Source of the DNA: Tricharina praecox | Lineage: Eukaryota | NCBI RefSeq assembly: GCF_024521635.1 | Contig: NW_026250427.1 | Coordinates: 434,001-498,000, forward strand | Direction: 5' to 3' | Length of the DNA stretch: 64,000 nt | In this document: positions 12,776 to 25,061 of the stretch, one piece after another | How the letters are laid out: every line of letters starts with the position of its first letter | Numbering within the stretch: position 1 is the first letter of the stretch | Made by a program: the position numbers and the translations under genes | Notes under the pieces: generated by a model | The model's database searches: none | Seen by the model: the letters and a program-made list of their open reading frames with translations, nothing else | What the model was told of the DNA's origin: nothing

Positions 12776-12912
12776 ATTGTACATATGGCGCATCGTTAGA
12801 AGTATATAACAAGATTGTTATAGCTGTCCCAGACTAATCTTCCGAGCGCTACAAATTGAACTTTTCAACCACATATCGTACAGTGAAATCAACCGACTTC
12901 ATATCGCATCCA

Positions 12913-14124
12913 TCATTTCTTTCCCTTCTTCTCCTCGGCCCACTTATTCAGTATTCCCTCGACCTTGGGCCCCCACACCTCCTCGCCCTTGTCCATCAGA
13001 TCCTCCCACTCGATAACGCCCTCACCGCCAAGCTCATAGTCTCCCTGCCGGGTGCGCACAAGCTTAACCATGTGCGCCTCTGTACCCAGGGCCTTTCCAA
13101 GATCATGAATGAACGAGCGCACGTAGAATCCTGAAGTGACAGTCAAGCGGAACGTAGCAACCGGCGGCTTACCCTCTGGCTTTTTGGGGAGGGTAGCAGC
13201 CGGCGTAGTCTCCACGGCTACGGTAATCACCTCGGCGGTGTCAGTTTCAGCCACGGGCTCACCCTCACCCTCGCTCTCCTTGACCTTTTTAGCGGCCTTC
13301 TCATCCTCCGGCTCCGGCGAGTGCGCACGCTTCTCTCCGGTGGCCTTCTCTTCGGTGCTAGCGGCGGCGGTGGTGGTGGCGGCGGTGGTCGGCTTCGTCT
13401 CGAACGCGAGCAACGCGATCTTCTCCTCGTCCGGCACCTCCTCGGCGGGGTACTCGTACTCGTGGTCGGACGTGAGCGATAGCAGCTCCAGGCTGACGGT
13501 GCTGACGGGGCGGGACTGGATCTCGGCCGGCAGAGGCTTGCCCTCGCGCGCGTACTCGTAGAGGCGCTTGCCGTTCATGTGGAGGGCCGAGTATCTTGTC
13601 TCGTATTAGCAAAAACGCACACCGCTAGGAGGACGGGGAACAAACATCGGCGGTTTCTGCATAATATCTCCCCGGAAGGCCCCCAGCTCCTTCTCGATCA
13701 CCTCCTCTGTGATGCGTTCCCAGCCACAGCTGCCCTCCTTCCCCCAAGCCACAATCTTCCCCAGCGCATCATACGTATCGGTCCCCGCGCCAAACAAGGC
13801 AGTGGCCTCATACGTCTTTGTGCAACCCAGGAACTGCTGCAGCTGTTTCGTCCCCGCGCCGATTCCGGCCACAAGGACCCCGCTAGCCATGGGGTCCAGC
13901 GTCCCGCCGTGCCCAATCTTCACCTCAAGGTCGCGCGCAGACTGCTTGCGCCGCCGCCGCTGCTGGCCCTTGCTCTCGCGCTCGCGCTTCGCAGCCTCCG
14001 CCGCAAGCGTCTCCGCGAAGATGGACGAGGGCTTGAAGATTCGCTGTAGTTTGCGGAGTGCCTCCGCCGAGCTGATACCGATCGGCTTGTTGATCGCCAT
14101 GAGGCCCTCGAGTGGGACGGTCAT
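12913..14124 (-). CDS. PUS4: tRNA pseudouridine-55 synthase (TruB family), ~386 aa; in-frame upstream ATG at 14289 gives ~441 aa
   Basis: Intron 13595-13645. Motifs AINKPIGISS, KIGHGGTLDPMASGVL (catalytic Asp), TDTYD, [43 protein letters not shown]. Confidence 0.93.
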
Positions 14125-15900
14125 GCTGGTGGTGGAGTGTGGTAGTGGGGGTGGTGCGGAGCTGGGTGAGTCGCGGTAGGGATTGCTGAGGTACGTGCGC
14201 GCGAGACGCGTTGCTGTCGTTGCCGTTGCCGTGGCCGTGGGGATGAGGCGGCTGTTGCTGACGAGAGACCGTGTGAGAAGTGGGCACATGGAGTCGCGGG
14301 GTCGTCGTTCGTGAAACCTTTGCTTCCTTCCTTTTCTTCTTTTGCGATTATACTTTGTGTCGATCGAATTAACTTCAGAACCTTGCGCCTGGATATAAAA
14401 TACGGTATGTACGGCACCAGCCCTTAGTTATCCTGTTTTTTCGGGCCGGTCTTTTTTTTAAGACTGCGGAGTTCGCAATTGGACTAAATCGTTTACTAGG
14501 ACTTTTGGGCAGACCGCTAACTGCAATGGGTGCACGTGCTACTTTATGTAAGCACCTCTGGTCACGTGCGATGAACCGATGGAACCCGTTCCTGGGCCTT
14601 TGGCCTCAATAGGTAATCGGCCTTTTGATCTTTTTTCAGGTCCTTTTTCGGAGCGGCCATACGTGGACTGGCTATATATGTAGACCAGGCCGCATTGCCC
14701 CACTTTTTCCTGGTGCTATTGGAAATGTCGGGGAAGAAAGTAAGGAATGTCGGTATCTAGAATTACACGGTATCTACTCATAGATATCACTCGTCTCAGC
14801 CCGCTCGAAGAAGCGCCGCAAAACGTAACGATTACCATTTAGAAGTAGTGAAGACATTTCTCACTCATATAATCCTACAAGCCTGCAAATCTTTCTGTCT
14901 GTCTAGAAAACAGACTCGTGACTGTAGACAGGTTACTTGCTTGCCTGCTAAGGGGCCAGCCCATCTTTCATGTCTACGTAAACCTCAGCAATAAACTCCT
15001 GTAAGTACGCAAGCTTGTCTCACACCGCCTCCAACCATCCCACACCGTCTCACTCCGTCTCACTCGCCAGACTTACCACCTCAGAAAACCACTGATACAG
15101 AATCTGTCCCTGTCCGTGGTATTCAAGTGTATGTATGCATGTAAACTCCCACTCCCCCTCCCATTCTCTCCCATCCCATCCCCCTCCCATCCCCTCGGCC
15201 CTCCCATCCTATCCCATCCCCGAGACTCCCGCTCCCATCCCCAAGAGCTGTCCTTCATCTCCTACTTCTTCTAGAATAACCACCCCCTCCCTCTCCCTCT
15301 CCCTTTCCCTTCCCCTCAGCACTGGGCAAAAAATGCTGGATTGAGTCCTCAGCTGGGTCCTCACGGTATCTATCCGTCCGTCTGTCTGTCTGTCCCCTCG
15401 TAATCCCAAACCGCAACCAAAAATCATTAACATCGAAAAGAAAAGATGGAAGAAAAAAAAGGAAACGTTACTGGCTGTCTCTGGAGTTTGCCAAAGAGAA
15501 GAAAACCTTCTCGCTAACATCCACAACAAAAGGTAAGAATAGGAGTGGTAGGAGTGGTATGCAGCATCCCTAGTGGTATACGGCATCCGTAGTGGTAGTG
15601 GTAGTAGTAGTAGTAGACCGCAGTTGTGGCAGTGGTGGTAGTATGTAGTAGTAAAGCGGGCAACATGATAACGGGTGTGTAATGGGGAGCCACCATAATC
15701 AAGCCACTCGAAGAGGTACGATATATGGAAAAAATAAACCCAGCAGTCTTTTACATTTGCAGTCCTTCCCCCAGAGAAACCTTCCCCCCTTCCCCCAGGG
15801 AACCCTTCCCTCAGAGAAACATTTCCCCAGAGAACTGGTGAAAGTCGAAAGTCGAGAAAAAAAAAAAAAAAAAAAAAAAAGAAAGCAGAAAGCCAACCCC

Positions 15901-15949
15901 CATCCATCCATCCATCCATCCATCCATCCATCCATCCATCCATCCATCC
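15901..15949. repeat. (CATC)12 microsatellite
   Basis: Read directly; lies downstream of samB. Confidence 0.95.
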
Positions 15950-16670
15950 AACTTTCCCAAACTTTCCCCATAATAATCCCCCCCCCCCCGTGCACCCACC
16001 CACCCATCCCACTGATCAAGAGGAGAAAGCGAAAAAAAAAAGCAGAGTTCAGTCATCACTGATCCCGACGACAATTGAGAGGTAGTAGAGTAGCAACAGT
16101 GTTTGCAAACAATCTTGCCTGCGGCGTTCATGGACAAATATGCGCAGCAATGGTAAAAAAAAAACAGAAGAAAAAAAAGAAAGAAAGAAAAGAAAAAAAA
16201 AGACAAACAAGAAAAGAATCAAGGTAATAAACCAATATGCGAGACGCCAGGTGATAAACAGCGTCAAGCAGCGACGGGAAACCGAGCTGTCAGTCTCCCC
16301 GTCCGTCAAACAACTGCTCCAATGCAATAAGAAGAAAAAAAGGAAAAAGGCCGTTCCATCGGCTCATCAAAACTGTACCCGCCGTAGCGTACCGACTGAC
16401 ATAACCCAAATAAAAGGGTGGGGAAAAATCAAATGAGGCGCGTATGGTAGAAGCAACAAATCATGGGAATCAAAGCAAAAAAACTACGCCCAATAAAGCA
16501 GTCCCGAGGAGAAATAATCACAAGAAACCCCCACCGTAGAGCGCCAGTAAAAAAAGACAAAGAGTAGACGAAGAGCAGGAAAAAGGGGATAGAGATAATA
16601 ATCAAAAGGGCATAAAAAACCTCCCTGAGGAGAGAGGCGCCTCCAAAATGAAAAAAGCCCGTGTCTTCCA

Positions 16671-18428
16671 CTACGCACCATTGTCCGTGGTTGCCGCTAC
16701 ACACCAATGGCGGTGATAGACCCATGCACTCTTCTGGCAATCCTTGCTGCAGTATTTGGTCCGTCTGCATCGGCGGCACTTTGCAAACTGACGTGTGAAC
16801 TCCTCCCATTTGCCGCACTCGTAGTAGGCGCACTGCCTAATTCCGCCCTTCGAGTCATCCTTCCGACACAGATTCCTCATGACGACACCGGCCCAGTATT
16901 GCATGTCCGAGGGGTGGTGTCGGACAGTGAACTTCTCGACCAGAGGGAAGACGTTGAAGTCGTCGGGCAACAGGTACTCTTCCATCTCATCCTCCCTCCT
17001 GACGGGCGGCGGGCGGCGTCGTCCGGTTTCCTCGTCCAGCAGGTGCAGTTCTTTCTCAATCATGAGGCGTGGTACCAGGTGTGACTGCTGAAAGTAGGAC
17101 CGCAGATTGCAGTATTTCGAGACGTAGGCCAACAGCTGCAATGACATGAGAACATCCTCCTCGCGTGGCATCGACGAGGGAAGGGTCGGTGCCGACGTTG
17201 AACCGGCGTCCATAGTGTATCGGGAAACCATCTGTAGGGATCCGGCGATCGAGAGCGGCTGGTTCACTGCGGGTCCTCCGAGCGCGGTATTCACCGGACC
17301 TGTCGGATTGATGATGCTACCATCAACCGGAGACCGGTGAGTAATGTTGAACGTCTCCCCCTCGTCCTGGGAATCCGTTCCGGGAAGGGCAAGCGTCATG
17401 GGCTCGTCGACCGACTCCAGCATAGCATCTCCTCCCATGTCCATGTCCATATCGCTCTGGATATCCACAATCGGCTCATTCCCATTCCCAACCGGTGCCT
17501 GGTTCCCCATCTCGTCCGCACCGGCCTCATCAGACTCGCCCGAGATCGATCGCTGGCGACGAACCGAGGGCCGTCCCGCCCGGGGCACAACTCTGTCGTT
17601 GTACAAGGGTGTGACGTTCGCGGTAGTGGTGGGTCCCGGTGTGGTCGGCGACACGGGCTGAGATGCACCTCCTACAGACAGCATCGAGGGTAACCGGTCA
17701 GCGTCGCGAACCGGCTGAAGCCCGAATTCGTTGGCCAAGGTGGTGTCCATCGTCGGTAGAGGCTGCAGTCCGTTGAACTCGCGCGGCGCAACATATGGAA
17801 ACGTCGGTCGGTTATCCTGTTGATGGTGGGTGTGGGTGTGGGTGTGGTGGTGGTGCCGTGCGTTCGTTGCCTGCGGGTAGCGAACCTGACTCGTACCTCG
17901 CTGTTGCACCACAATGTCCACCTGCGGCGGGATCTCGGACTGAGCAGCTCCCGGACGACGTACAGTAAAGGACGATGACGACGACGACCCCCGATTCTCT
18001 CTAGCGCGTGAGCCCTGGGCAGCTGCGGCGCTCCGTTTGGTAACTCGGTCGACGACTCGGATGTAGTTGTCGAGTATGGTCGCGATCACAGGAACCATAT
18101 CCGCCTCGACCACCCTCGTCCGGACTTTCTCCGAGCCTCGAACCCCAATGTTGACGACGCACTGAAATGCCAAATTCCATTTCCACATGCTCATCAGGTC
18201 CTTGCTCCGGCCTTCCTTCAATATGACCACCAGTCGTTCTATTCCGCCATCGATGGTGAGGATGTCTCGAATGCGAGCCGACGAGGTGGTTAAATAAGCC
18301 AAATGGTTGAGTGAATTTATTAGAGGCAGGGTCGAAGTGCAATCCAAAGCTCGGCGGTCATAAAGGGCAGTGGTGATTCCGACGGAAGCCTTGTTGGCGG
18401 AAGGAATACTAAAGTTGACTTCCCGCAT
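16671..18428 (-). CDS. samB: MYND-type zinc finger protein SamB/Mub1, 585 aa, single coding exon
   Basis: N-terminal MREVNFSIP...ITTALYDRRALDCTS...LINSLNHLAYLT; EDVLMSLQLLAYVSKY; YWAGVVMRNLCRKD; C-terminal MYND finger CAYYECGKWE...CRRCRRTKYCSKDCQKSAWVYHRHWC. Confidence 0.92.
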   Translation of the reverse strand: MREVNFSIPSANKASVGITTALYDRRALDCTSTLPLINSLNHLAYLTTSSARIRDILTIDGGIERLVVILKEGRSKDLMSMWKWNLAFQCVVNIGVRGSEKVRTRVVEADMVPVIATILDNYIRVVDRVTKRSAAAAQGSRARENRGSSSSSSFTVRRPGAAQSEIPPQVDIVVQQRGTSQVRYPQATNARHHHHTHTHTHHQQDNRPTFPYVAPREFNGLQPLPTMDTTLANEFGLQPVRDADRLPSMLSVGGASQPVSPTTPGPTTTANVTPLYNDRVVPRAGRPSVRRQRSISGESDEAGADEMGNQAPVGNGNEPIVDIQSDMDMDMGGDAMLESVDEPMTLALPGTDSQDEGETFNITHRSPVDGSIINPTGPVNTALGGPAVNQPLSIAGSLQMVSRYTMDAGSTSAPTLPSSMPREEDVLMSLQLLAYVSKYCNLRSYFQQSHLVPRLMIEKELHLLDEETGRRRPPPVRREDEMEEYLLPDDFNVFPLVEKFTVRHHPSDMQYWAGVVMRNLCRKDDSKGGIRQCAYYECGKWEEFTRQFAKCRRCRRTKYCSKDCQKSAWVYHRHWCVAATTDNGA

Positions 18429-21400
18429 GATCTCGAAGGGAACGGTAACCGATCTGCACGAGAGGGTCGACGATTAGTTTCCGTTACCAGCGATGCACGG
18501 TGCACGACAGCAACACTGCTCACAGGAGGGAAGGGAAGGTAAGGGGAATGGGTTCGAGATGTAGGTACCTGCGAGGACTCGAGGAGGTGATAAAGGAGTC
18601 GAGTGATTTAACACGGATGAAGCAAGCAAGAAACGAGCAAGGTTACAAGAGACAACCCAAGGGAGCGAAAGAAGGAAATGGATTCGTAGCGTGCGAGGTA
18701 TCTGTGTGGTTTTATCGTTGGTGAGCAAGAGGCAAGGGATTGGTCGGACAGTAGCGGAGATCTTACGGGCTGCAGGTGAACAACGCAGAAAAGCGAGACA
18801 AGGAAACAAGGTAAGGCCGAGGTTGAAAGGGCAGGCTGACTGGCTGGCGTTGAGCGGATAGTGACAGCAACGAGGTGGCCGGTAGAGTGAAGCTCTTACT
18901 GTTTTTTTCTCGAAGAAGGAAGGTTGGGCTGAAGAGAAAGGCACGGGGGGGAGGGGGGATGGGAGGAGGAGGAAGTGGATGGAGGAGGAGGAGTAGGAGT
19001 AGTGAGAGCAGGAGCAGGAGGGGGGGGGGGGGGGGGGTGGAGGAGGAGGTGTGCGTGTGTGCGTGCGGGTTTCCGGAGGGTCCAGCGGTGGTGTCAGCGG
19101 TGGTGTCGGCGGTAGTGGTGGCAGTGGAGGTGGTGTGGGTTTAAGGTGACCAAGAAGCGTGGCGGTGGTCTGTGAGTCGGGTGGTTACCGATGGCCAGAC
19201 GGGACAAGGACAGCGACCAGCAGCAGCAGGGAGGAGGAGGCGATGGAGCGAGCGGCAAGCGATTTGCGACCGCCGCGACTTTGAAGGGACCAGCAACGAA
19301 CGGGAGGGAGGCAAAGGGGAGAGGGGAGTAGGGGAAGAGTGCGAGTACGGTAGGGGGGACCAAATAACCGCGCAAGCAGAGGGGGCGGAGAGGGAGGGGA
19401 GAAGACGACGAGGTAGTTAGAGGTGTAGAGGCTGGTAAGGGTGGACGAGGAGAGGCGGTGGTGGTGGTGGGTGGTGGGTGGTGGGTGGTGACCGGGTGGC
19501 CAGGACTGGCTGGGGGGAGCGATCTCTCTCTGTCTTTCTCGCTCGTCGGCAGCCGGGCGGGGGGGAGGTGAAGGCGGGCAAAAGATGAGGACAGTCGAGA
19601 GGAGAAGAAGAAGAATGGGTACAGGGGAGAGGAGGACGAGGACGGAGATCGAGACCTGCTATTCTGGCAGGCTGGTGCAGTTGCCGCCAAACTCCTCACG
19701 ATTCTCTGTCTCTCTTTCTGTATTTCTCTCTCTCTCGTTTTCTTGACTCGAGACTCGAGACTTCTTTGCTGGAGAGAGCGGAGAGAGGTGAGTGGAAATG
19801 GCTTCTGATTGGCCCAGGCGAGGCTGCAGAGCAGGGAGCTAAGATTGAAGGTGTGAGCGCCAAAACCCAAGCACTGCCAGAGTAATAACCGTAGCAATAA
19901 CAGCGAGACAAACCGACAACCAAGCACCGAGCAGCAGAGAGAGCGAGCACGCAAGCACCAGAGCACGTAGAGTATTTGCAATCAACTGCGCTACTCTACT
20001 CCATTCTACTAGGCATCTGGTCGGCGTGTAGCGGTTGGTTCCACCTCTTTCTCGGTATTCGCGACAGTGGGCACTGGCAGCCTCTCCACTGTCTCTCTTT
20101 GTTTCAATGGCGGTACTCGGGAATAAAACCAGATGGCTGACTGCGCATAGCAAGTAGGTACACAGTCACAACCATCGCCGTGATTGGCCGCAACTCCTTC
20201 TTGAATCACTCAGATACTGCTCACCGGATGCGAAATGGCTTCGACGCACACACGTAACCACCTACCTATAGATATATACGAGATGCCCCGGGATTCGGCA
20301 GCATAGCGGTTTAGTTGCTATGATAGCTGCGTGCCCCGACGTCAAGCGGCCTCGACTCGACTCGCGAGCTGTCGAGCTGTCGAGCTGTCGGCCGCACGGC
20401 CATCGTCATCAAAGCTGTACTTACCATGCCCGTGCCATCCGCCGCCTCCTCACGAGATGAACGCCACATCTGGGCACGCCGCTCCAAAGACAAGATGAGT
20501 CCCGGAAGTTGAACGCCACTTGCACAAGAGCTTGCAATTCCAGCAATTCCACTTTCACGACCGACCGCACATTACAGAGCCCGCGCAATATCCGGGCAGC
20601 GGACCGCAGCTGTCAAGTCACGGAGGTTAGTTACCAGCTCGGATCGGTAACTTGGGATGTGTGTAGTGGCACAGTCCGCCGGTACTCCACCTACTCTACT
20701 CCTTGAGTACTCCACTCCACTCTAGGTAGTGACGGTCTATAAATGCTGGCCTGGCCCTGCATGCTCGGTACGAAGCCGAAAACTTCCGCTCTCGAGCTTC
20801 GAGCGAGCACAGCGGCCTTCAAAACAGGCGTTCCCACTCTGCTCTAGATACTCTACAGGTCCCGACCCTTTTCTGCCTTTCGCTCGTTGTGCCCACCGCC
20901 GCCGTTTTTTGGGCCACAATGCGTGCGTGATCCGCGTTCCTTATCGCGCCCCCAGTACACTGCAACAATTTGGCATAGAATCAGCTCCCGGCTTGGCCAC
21001 ACCACATGCACTGGAATCTTCCAGAACCTAGAAACAATAGTTACTCTACCTACGGGCATGTACGGTACAGTAATTTATGAAGTGAAGTGAAGTGAACAAA
21101 CATCCAGTTGTGCGGACCACTACCTGGGTATGTAACCATGGTGACGGTCACTCCACCCAGTGCACCCATAGCCCGTATGTCAGTACAACTCTCCAGCAGA
21201 CTGTCCGTGTCCGTCGGGATTACGCCACTCCCGCGGCTTTCGCCTCTGAACTTTGAAGTCACTTCACTGGCTATCACATGTATCTTATGTCCATAAAAAT
21301 GATTTGTTTGGTTTGCCGCTGTTCATCAACACGGTACATATCATACACATACACACATGATCTACATTGAATTCGCGCCACTACACATAAAGGAAGGTCG

Positions 21401-23749
21401 GCCGGCATGCACATACTCAATGTACTCTACGTACTCTTGGGGGCCAAGAAGGATCTTCAACAAAAGTCTTCAGATTGATCGGCCGGTTCGACCAGCAACA
21501 AAAAGCAGCGGGCAGCAGGCTGGGTGAGTGAGTCAGGGCATGGCAAGGCGACGATCTGCTGATTTGCGAACTGATGCCAAATGCACGGCTTTTGCCGCTC
21601 AGCCCTATGTGTGTAGAGTAGATACGGTGGCGACCATATGTTTGTTTGTTCACTCATGTACATACGGCGCAGAGCATAAGTGGAGAGACTCTCACAGTGC
21701 GAAGCCAAAAACAACGACGCCCGTGAAATCGTGGGCAGTGTGCAATGGGCAATGGGCACGAGCTCTCAATACATACCTGCCTACCATATAGTTTCTCCTG
21801 CACTGCAAAGTAAACTTTCCCTCATGCTCCCTCATGCTCTCATGCCCTCACGCTCTCATGGGGCCAGGCCAGGCCATGATCCATCGATCGCTTCCCCCCA
21901 AAACCCCCCGGAAAAAAAAGGTTTACTTTTGTTTCTGCAGTGCCAACGAACCCGCACAGAAAAACATACCGTACATACAGATTGTTTCTGCATACTCTGC
22001 ATACCTACTTCGCAGTGTCCGCTAACTATCGCTGAAAAAGCTGGGACGAACATCGTTTCTTTTATTTACATAGAGTACATGGAAAGGCGAAACGAGAGTA
22101 CGGTAAGGTAAGGTAAGATACTTCAAACAAGTACCGCCGTGCGGTACTCGTGCCAGGTATTCTTGGTATGTACCCTGCCACTGCATATTCTAAGCGCCAC
22201 ACCGCCTCCGCCGCCATCGTTGTCGCCGTCGTTGTCGCCGCCACCGGGGGTTTTGCTCGGTTTCCATGCATTTATGTATTCTGCGTATAGGGGCGCCACT
22301 GGACAGGAGGTTTAAGAGTGACATTGGGCGGGCGGTTATGTATTTATGTACATAATGTATGTATGTGTGGAAAGCGGCGGTGTCAGTGTCAGTGTGGGGA
22401 TAGGAGGACGGTGTGGGCATAAGAGGATGGTGTGGGCATAAAAGGACGGTGTCGGTGTCTCGTTGGGCATAGGTAGGATAATGTGCCATGTGCACTTATG
22501 CGATCCTTAACGTGCGAGGACCTGGCTGGATAGGTAAGTACCAGGTACCTATGGCCTCAATCGAAAATACCGCAAGCCCGCTGCCCACTCACGAGTCGCG
22601 ACATCAAATCAGATCTAATTCAGTACTTCACCCCAAGCCGACCACCCCAAGCTGGCCACCAGTACCAGTAGCAGCACCACCAGTGGCCACGCACGCATCC
22701 CCAGTCTCCAGTCTCCAGATCCTCGCTCGAGAGTCGAGATACATACTTCATACATAACTTCCGTTTCCTGTGTACGCGGCATCGATCATCGCACCTGTCC
22801 AGCCTCGGTGTTTTAGGCACGCCGATCGCTCATTTGTAAAAATCTCTCATCCACTCATGTCCAGTGCGTGGGGTGATTCTCAGTCACGGCTCGGTCACTC
22901 GCTGTGTCACTCGTCGCTGCTAACATCGGACCGAGGATTTCTCCGAGCTTGATAATCAGCACACACACCAAAGAGTACAGGTCGACGCAAATATGTGGCG
23001 GCCGTGTTACACACACACCCAAACACACACCCAAACACACACACTGTATGGAATACCTACGGTACAGTCATAGTCATTCCTTGTCCAAGCATTTGAGCCC
23101 TTCTATGCACATCCATCGATCACTGTAGTTGTGTAGATGAAACACCGCCGAATCAATATCCAACGCATGCTGCGCCGCCCTTGGGGGGAGTGAGTGCGCA
23201 AACGCGGCCACATGCAATGCCACTCGGTGACTCGGCACGAGGACGAACTCGGTGATGTTTTTTTTGGGGCGTTGGGAATTGGAAATTGGAATGGTTCGCT
23301 CATACTGTGACACTGCTGTCCAGAAGGAAGGCGGAAGGTATGGGAAAAGTCATGGGAAAGGCATGGGAAAAGGGAGTGACTCACTCGTCGTGACAGGATC
23401 GTGACCCACCGACTCCCTACCGTTCCCTAAAGGAAGAAGAAGAAGAAGGAGGAGACTGGTGGCGGGTGGTCTTTCACAGCCCAAGCTCGGAATTTGATCC
23501 TCGAATACCTAACGGCGTGCCGCACTCCATTATCCAGTCATCAGTGACCCAGCTATCCAGTGACTCCATGTTGAACCAGCACCCAGAGACCGAGCACTTA
23601 CCACCTCGCAACTTCTGGCAGGATACATGCCTGCAGGTTGCAGCGCAGCGCAGCCCACCCCCTCGAACCTCCGCGCCGTGCCCCGTCGGTGGCGAACAGA
23701 ATCCGAAGATTAGGCAGGTAGGTAGCGGGCGCGTGAGAGTGCGTGGTTG

Positions 23750-24272
23750 ATGATTGACATTGCCATTCATTCTCGACTCTCGACTCTCGAGCGTGTTGCG
23801 GTTTGTATGTAGTTCACAGGCGGGTTTTCTGAGCGGAAATGGGCTGCTTAAGAGGGGGTGGAGGAAGTGGTGGAGGATGAATGGTGGAGGATGAATGGGG
23901 TACCTCAGAGCCTAATGCCCTCGAATCTCGAATCTCAATGGTTTCCTGCGAGCCCCGACTGATCCTCGATGCCGCTATTGAGTCTTGACATGATTGAAAC
24001 TCATTCATTCTCGATTCTCGACTCTCGGCTCTCGGCTCCCGAGTGAGTTGCGTTTTGCGGTTTGCGATTTGTATGCAGTGAGCGGGCTCGTTTCGTGGAC
24101 GGAAATGAGCTGCGTAAGAGGGAGGGTGGAGGAGGTGGTGGAGGATTACTGGGGGAGGATTACTGGGGGAAGATGAATGGGGGAGCTCAGAGCCTGATAC
24201 CCTCGAATCTCGAGTCTCGATGGTTTCTTGCGAGCCCTCACTCGTCCTCGATGCCGCTATTGAGTCTTGACA
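23750..24272. repeat. Tandem duplication of a ~240-280 bp non-coding unit (copy 1 ~23750-23990, copy 2 ~23991-24272)
   Basis: Both copies share CATTCATTCTCGA, CGGAAATG.GCTGC.TAAGAGGG, CTCAGAGCCT.AT.CCCTCGAATCTCGA and TCCTCGATGCCGCTATTGAGTCTTGACA. Confidence 0.85.
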
Positions 24273-25061
24273 ATGACAATGACAATGGCAATGCCGATCC
24301 GAGTTCGCGGGGGAAAGATGTGCTTGGAACGAGCATGATCTGTGGTTTGGAGAGAAGCTCGTAAAACCCATCTACTGCGAAGACTCCACGCTGCAAAGCC
24401 CCCGAATCCCCGACTCTCCGAGGCGGCACGGATTGTATCACAGACTCACAGGATATCACTCTGGCCTTACACTTATCCTGCACTTGCCCTGCACTTCTCC
24501 TGCACTTGCCCTGTACTTATCCCACACTTATCCCACATAGAATCTCATCTATCTCATCCATCTACTGTCCCTGACCCGGCGGTGTTCCAAGCCGAGTGCC
24601 TACATCCTACCCAGTGACCTGTGCGGTATTGAGCGTCGAGTGTCATCGTATTGCTCCGGGTGATCACACAGCCTTTCAGCACCGCACCACAACACATTTC
24701 ACCTTACGAAAGTCCTTTGTATCATACCAGCAGGACTTTTGATGTCACGATGAACATCTTTTCCCGTGTAAAAGTCCTCCGTACGGCCAGCTTTTGATGC
24801 TTTTCCTCGACAGCTCCACAAGCAGCATAAAATAACGGTTATCGCTAGTGATCAAAAGTCTCTCGGATGGGCACGGCTCGATTTATGTGACCTCACGCAG
24901 CACATGCGTCAATAACCGCCCATGACATGGCGACGTAGTAGTCTCCGCACATAGATACACCAAAACAAACGCCAAATGAACTACGGAACCAATCGAATGC
25001 ACGCTAAACGGGAAACAAGTAGGTACACAACAACCAACAGCCTGCAGCCTGCATCTTCCCC

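Noticed and set aside
14560..14640. Possible small structured ncRNA before a T-run, with nearby CACGTG boxes
   Set aside because: Stems are only 5 bp with 2-3 nt loops; no recognisable snRNA, snoRNA or tRNA boxes.
15209..16436. Several ORFs with WMDG repeats or poly-K/poly-F
   Set aside because: Translations of (CATC)n and poly-A tracts downstream of samB.
19094..19981. 295-aa minus-strand ORF upstream of samB
   Set aside because: Non-ATG start and low-complexity S/P/L sequence derived from a CT-rich leader.
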